Shown here piece by piece: positions 6,822 to 10,784 of a stretch of DNA of 10,784 nucleotides (position 1 is the stretch's first letter; each line of letters starts with the position of its first letter). Source of the DNA: Elusimicrobiota bacterium (GTDB taxonomy: Bacteria; Elusimicrobiota; Elusimicrobia; Elusimicrobiales; UBA9959); the NCBI GenBank assembly GCA_037137395.1, contig JBAXKK010000080.1:1-10784 (forward strand). Reading direction: 5' to 3'. The notes beneath the pieces are model-generated. The model worked only from the letters and a program-made list of their open reading frames with translations, was not told the DNA's origin and did no database searches. The translations under genes were made by a program, and so were the position numbers.

Positions 6822-7577
6822 ATGAAAAAATATCATATTATGCCCTTACTTATATTTGGCACACTACTCGCGCTGAACCCCGGAAATGCGCGATGCAATG
6901 ATCTCCAAGATGCCAAATTAGCAGTTGACGATGACGGTGCCGATTTTGACAAGCAGATAGCTGACACCAGCGAGAAAGTAAAGGAGGCTATGCGTTTGCT
7001 GCGATATAGCAAGTTTTATAAAGACTTGTATGCTTCTATTGACAATGGGCAAATTAAAGAGGCTGAACAGCTTCTGAGCGAGGAATTGAAGAGATCTCCT
7101 GATGCTGAACGCCAAGCGTCATATCTTGCTGCAAAAAGCAAAATTGCTTTTGGGAAAGGAGATTACGCATCAGCCTATGCGGAGGCTGACAAAATTGTAA
7201 TTGGTATGGAGAAATTCTTTGCGCCAAAAAAGCCCTACGAGATTAAGTTTAAGACTCCAAATACCAGAGATGGGGTGCATGGGGCGTATATACTTCGGTA
7301 TCAGGCATCCGCGTATCAACATCATTATGCCGAAGCCTTGGCTGATATCGAACACGCGCTGCAAATTCAATCATCAGCTGATGGGCTTATTGCAAAAATG
7401 GGAGCATTGATGGGACTGAATCGATATGCGGAAGCGGCCAGGGCATGTGAAAAATCCTGCAAGATAGATAAGAGTTTTTTCCTCTCAAGCCCCAATAAAG
7501 CTTATTATCTCCAGGTTTTTAGCGAGCATGGCTATTCCTTAAAGGCCTGCTTGCAAAATAAGTCGGTAAAAAAATGA
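6822..7577 (+). CDS. Secreted tetratricopeptide-repeat-like protein (251 aa)
   Basis: Start moved from 6600 to ATG at 6822: GGAG at 6812-6815, signal peptide MKKYHIMPLLIFGTLLALNPGNA, and no overlap with the precursor. TPR-like helices: GDYASAYAEADKI, HHYAEALADIEHALQI, NRYAEAARACEKSCKID. Confidence 0.75.
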   Translation: MKKYHIMPLLIFGTLLALNPGNARCNDLQDAKLAVDDDGADFDKQIADTSEKVKEAMRLLRYSKFYKDLYASIDNGQIKEAEQLLSEELKRSPDAERQASYLAAKSKIAFGKGDYASAYAEADKIVIGMEKFFAPKKPYEIKFKTPNTRDGVHGAYILRYQASAYQHHYAEALADIEHALQIQSSADGLIAKMGALMGLNRYAEAARACEKSCKIDKSFFLSSPNKAYYLQVFSEHGYSLKACLQNKSVKK

Positions 7578-7601
7578 TTCTGTTCAGAATGAAGCTGCGA
7601 A

Positions 7602-9007
7602 ATGACTGAAAAACACTATGTCAGCCGGTATCTGAACATTATCGACCTCGACGATCCCAAAATAAGTCTATTATTCAATGGGGTGAATGGTTGCATGGAT
7701 GAGATTCCCCGTGAGCTGGGCGATATACTCTCATCACGCGACCATTCGCGCATCGCCAGGCTTTCTCCGGCCAATAGGAAGTTTCTCGCTCAACGCGGGC
7801 ATATTACGACATTCACTCCAGAAGCAGAGATGGCGCGATTTAAAGAGTTCGTCGCCTGCCTACACAATAAAAAAAGCACCAGCTCACCGCCGGTGGAATT
7901 ATTCTGCTTGTAAGCTATAACTGTAATCTTGCCTGTAAATACTGTTATCAGCAGGCTCATCGGCCCGGAAAATCCCATTCTGTAATGAGCGCGAAACTGG
8001 TAGACGACATTTTTGAAAAGTATTTAACCACTTTGTTGCCTACGATCTCTAATCCATGCTTATCCTTGTACGGCGGCGAGCCTTTTTTACCGGGTAATGA
8101 GGCTATAATACGCCGAATGTTGGAACATTCCGGAAGACGCACGGGAATGGCGGTTACCGCCGTTACAAATGGCATCACGGTGGACGCAATGCCGAATGTT
8201 TTTGGTCCTGGTCCGGGCAAGATTGGTAAAGTCCAGATATCTCTTGATGGCGGACGACGTTTTCATGATGGCTCAAGAACAACGACTTCCGGGGATGCCA
8301 CCTTTGACAGGATACTAAAAAACATCCAGCTATTGATTAAGCAGGAAACCTATGTTGATGTCCGCATTAATGTTGACAAGTCAAAGGTGGATAGCCTCCC
8401 GCAATTACTGGAGGAATTAAGGGCAAAGCGCATATTAGATAATAAGTTTGTGCATGTTTACGCATACCCACTGCACGATGGAATAGCAACAGTGGATTCA
8501 ACGGGCTTTATCACTATAGGTGCACTCTCTCGCAAGTTGCGCGAACTCGGCCTTGATGTTCACTGTCCTATCAGTCTGCATGCTAATGATTTCCGGTATC
8601 TTTTCGATCTAAAAGGTGGTGTCGGTCTAATGCGTACCGCATACTGCATGCAGACATACCAACAGTATCTTGTGGTCGATCCTGTCGGCGATCTGTACGC
8701 CTGCTCAGAGGAAGCCGGATACCCTGAATGGCGTGTTGGACATATAGGAGAAGCTGGCGTGGAATTTTTTCCATTGCGTGATTCCTATAAGGCTCGGCAC
8801 TTGGCCAATCTTCCGTCTTGCCTCGCATGCGCGGTTGCGCTTGCCTGCGGAGGACAATGCGGTATGCGGTGTCGTGTCAAGACGGGGGATATGTTTAAAC
8901 CTTATTGCGATGATATAAAAGACGCGATACTTTCGGGTATTAAGCTGGCTTATGAAAACCATAGAGCTATCGGGAAGATGCCTCCAATACCTGCTGCTAA
9001 TGCGTAA
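7602..9007 (+). pseudogene. Radical SAM/SPASM peptide maturase, frameshifted at the A7 run 7869-7875 (468 aa if restored)
   Basis: ORFs 7602..7913 and 7985..9007 join if one A is added: ...LHNKKKHQLTAGGIILLVSYNCNLACKYCYQ... The CxxxCxxC motif at 7922-7945 is in frame with YGGEP, VTNG, QISLDG and the SPASM cysteines (YC...GDLYAC...CLACAVALACGGQC...C...YC). The N-terminal ~90 aa resemble the RRE-like extension of peptide-modifying rSAMs. Confidence 0.85.
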
Positions 9008-9052
9008 GTCGTAACCGCCAATCAATTGAATAAAGTATAACCCTGCGAAACA

Positions 9053-10153
9053 ATGCCCGATAATGTTTACGAGAACCATCTTAAAGGTGAATACGGGATC
9101 GAAAATGGCGAAGAAGCCCTTATTGTTACCCCCGAGTCCTGCTACTATCTGAGCACAGAGACCCGGTGGTTGATCGATAATTTACCAGCGGCGGGTAATA
9201 AGGGGGACTACCTGTCATCACTCACCTCCCTTGGCGTAGAACAGGCCGGGGGAATATTCGACCGACTTATAAATATTAATGTTTTGCGGATCAAGACCAC
9301 AGAAAAATTAATAAGAAAACTAATCGGTCATGTCCTGAAGCCCAAAATAAGACTTATATCTGCAAAATGGCAGGAAAATGTTTTCAGGCCAGTCCAGACC
9401 AAACTATCACAGGTGGCATCTGAAAATATTTTGCCGCTAATTCTCTGCCTTGCCGCCATAGGTTTGGCGTTCGGCCTGTTTATTCCACTAAAGTTTCACG
9501 GCGGACTTGTGCAGCTTTCCGAAGGGCGCTCTCAAGCACTTCTGATATTTGGCCTGGTCCTACTGGGTAGCTTGATACATGAACTGGGGCATTCATTCAC
9601 GGCGGCTATGAGTGGCATAGGATTCCGGCCTATCGGCATATCGATTTATCTATTTTATCCGGTCTTTTATACGAATGTGGCAGGCATTGAAAAGGTATCT
9701 TTCTGGCGTAAAATAGCCATAGACTGTGGTGGATTTGTTTTTCAGACGGCGTTCTTGTGGATTCTTATGGCAACTTGGTTTATAACCAGAAATATTTCTC
9801 TTCTGGAATCCGTACGATGGATGGCGCTAATCATGGCATTCAATCTGAACCCGTTATTGCGCACCGACGCGTACTGGCTGTATCAGGATGTCCGTGCGAC
9901 GGTAGGCAACAAACGGTTGATGGATTTTCTGCATTACGTCTACTCGGCGGCATTTATTATTTTTACATGCTATATTTTTATTTGTATCTGGCACGAATTT
10001 AACTCGATAATAGCCTCTGCTTTGATAATTTGGGCACATCCGCATCGGCTACCGCATGACGGTTACAAAATTATCATAGGGTGCTATCTTGTGCTCATGG
10101 CTTGCATTGGTGGAATTGCTCGGATGAAAGAAGGGCACAAAGAACTATTCTGA
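9053..10153 (+). CDS. M50 (site-2 protease family) membrane zinc metallopeptidase with soluble N-terminal domain
   Basis: HELGH (HExxH) lies within a TM segment, and FNLNPLLRTDAYW is an NxxPxxxxD(G/A) third-ligand motif. There are several TM helices and a ~90-aa soluble N-terminus that may be RRE-like. Confidence 0.8.
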   Translation: MPDNVYENHLKGEYGIENGEEALIVTPESCYYLSTETRWLIDNLPAAGNKGDYLSSLTSLGVEQAGGIFDRLININVLRIKTTEKLIRKLIGHVLKPKIRLISAKWQENVFRPVQTKLSQVASENILPLILCLAAIGLAFGLFIPLKFHGGLVQLSEGRSQALLIFGLVLLGSLIHELGHSFTAAMSGIGFRPIGISIYLFYPVFYTNVAGIEKVSFWRKIAIDCGGFVFQTAFLWILMATWFITRNISLLESVRWMALIMAFNLNPLLRTDAYWLYQDVRATVGNKRLMDFLHYVYSAAFIIFTCYIFICIWHEFNSIIASALIIWAHPHRLPHDGYKIIIGCYLVLMACIGGIARMKEGHKELF

Positions 10154-10262
10154 AATCGCGTTCGTCTCCGTTGTATGGAGAACTTGCCCAATAAATTTGT
10201 CATAATATGACATATAGGAAAGTAATATGGGAGGAAGCACTAATAGAATTTTAAAATTATTC

Positions 10263-10519
10263 GTTGGCTAGATTTGCCAACAATTTGACTTCAACCGGGA
10301 CCTTGCATAAGAGCAGGGAGAGCTTCCAAGTGAAAACTTGGGGCATATATCAGACCGTGTTCGGGGTCGCCAATGTAATCCAGCGCAAGCTGGGTGAAAA
10401 GGCGGCTGTCGTTCCGGGTTACTGATATAGCTCGGGGCTGATTGCCGCCCCATTTTTTGGTGGCAGACTGAATTTGCAGCCCTCTATGGTGAAGTTACGC
10501 CATAAGGGGCTTTTGTTTT
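10263..10519 (+). ncRNA. Unidentified highly structured RNA candidate
   Basis: Dense array of stems, two GNRA tetraloops (GAAA 10332-10335, GCAA 10385-10388), many plus-strand G-U pairs and a terminal terminator. It is a GC-richer island within an AT-rich intergenic region. Confidence 0.55.
10478..10519 (+). terminator. Intrinsic terminator
   Basis: AGCCCTCTATGGTG...CGCCATAAGGGGCT stem followed by TTTGTTTT. Confidence 0.7.
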
Positions 10520-10613
10520 ATAAGGAAGTATGCATTGAACAGGTATGGGTAATGCGAGAGTGAATTTTTAACCAGCACATATATTGATAACAATGGGGTA
10601 ATAACATAACACT

Positions 10614-10751
10614 ATGGCTACAATACAATTTAAAGGTAAAGAAATTGTTCGCAATCATCATCTCACGGTGCCGTATCACGAACTGCTGCCGGACGAAAAG
10701 AAAAGCTTAACCAAGAAAATCAGCTTAACTGTGTTAACGCCAGTCTTGTAA
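10614..10751 (+). pseudogene. 5' fragment of a type III restriction-modification DNA methyltransferase (Mod), interrupted by an insertion
   Basis: MATIQFKGKEIVRNHHLTVPYHELLPDEKKSLTKKISLT resembles the conserved Mod N-terminus (FKGK...HHLxVP) that normally continues into DNLIIHGDNL. Here the frame runs into unrelated sequence at 10732 and stops at 10751. Confidence 0.7.
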
Positions 10752-10784
10752 TGTACCGGTTTAGTCGGTGTTAAGTGTACCAGC
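10732..10784. mobile_element. Terminal sequence of an IS21-family-like element (continues beyond the window)
   Basis: Begins TGTTAACGCC (5'-TGT end) and has internal repeats ending TGTACC at 10752-10757 and 10776-10781, 24 nt apart. This is the multi-repeat end architecture of IS21 elements, and it starts exactly where Mod similarity ends. No transposase is visible in the window. Confidence 0.6.

Noticed and set aside
7870..7876. Canonical A_AAA_AAG programmed -1 ribosomal frameshift site
   Set aside because: The heptamer is present but phased in the destination frame. The incoming frame reads AAT AAA AAA AGC, and only a weak 4-bp hairpin follows, so classical tandem slippage is not supported.
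507..10045. Remaining short ORFs nested in or antisense to the main genes
   Set aside because: They are shadow frames of longer motif-bearing CDSs with no independent evidence.
10322..10442. c-di-GMP-I or glycine riboswitch identity for the structured RNA
   Set aside because: It has a GAAA-capped stem and GGAGAG but lacks the GGCAAA/GACGCAAA/CUAA-type c-di-GMP motifs and the GCCGAAGG/CUCUCAGG glycine motifs.
10268..10453. Minus-strand 61-aa ORF
   Set aside because: No RBS or motif; the region is better explained as plus-strand structured RNA.

Overview
Accessory region rich in secreted proteins, from a bacterium of moderate GC content. Left (minus strand): a sigma70-like promoter drives a leader with a purine-riboswitch-family aptamer. 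It has variant, 2'-deoxyguanosine-type core nucleotides and overlaps an intrinsic terminator, so it is predicted to be an ON switch. It precedes a secreted two-repeat protein with a 4-Cys tail and two probably paralogous lipoproteins, the complete one thioredoxin-like. Middle: a 23-bp perfect inverted repeat and a truncated IS1380-family transposase. Right (plus strand): one apparent operon with two MepA-like (LAS) peptidoglycan peptidases flanking an internally duplicated DxDG-motif secreted protein, running directly into a candidate RiPP cluster. The cluster has a Cys/Pro-rich precursor, a secreted TPR protein, a radical SAM/SPASM maturase split by a 1-nt frameshift at an A7 run, and an M50 membrane peptidase. 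Right end: an unrecognised ~260-nt structured RNA candidate with a terminator, then the 5' end of a type III restriction-modification mod gene interrupted by an IS21-like end. All family assignments come from motif recognition by eye; no searches were run.
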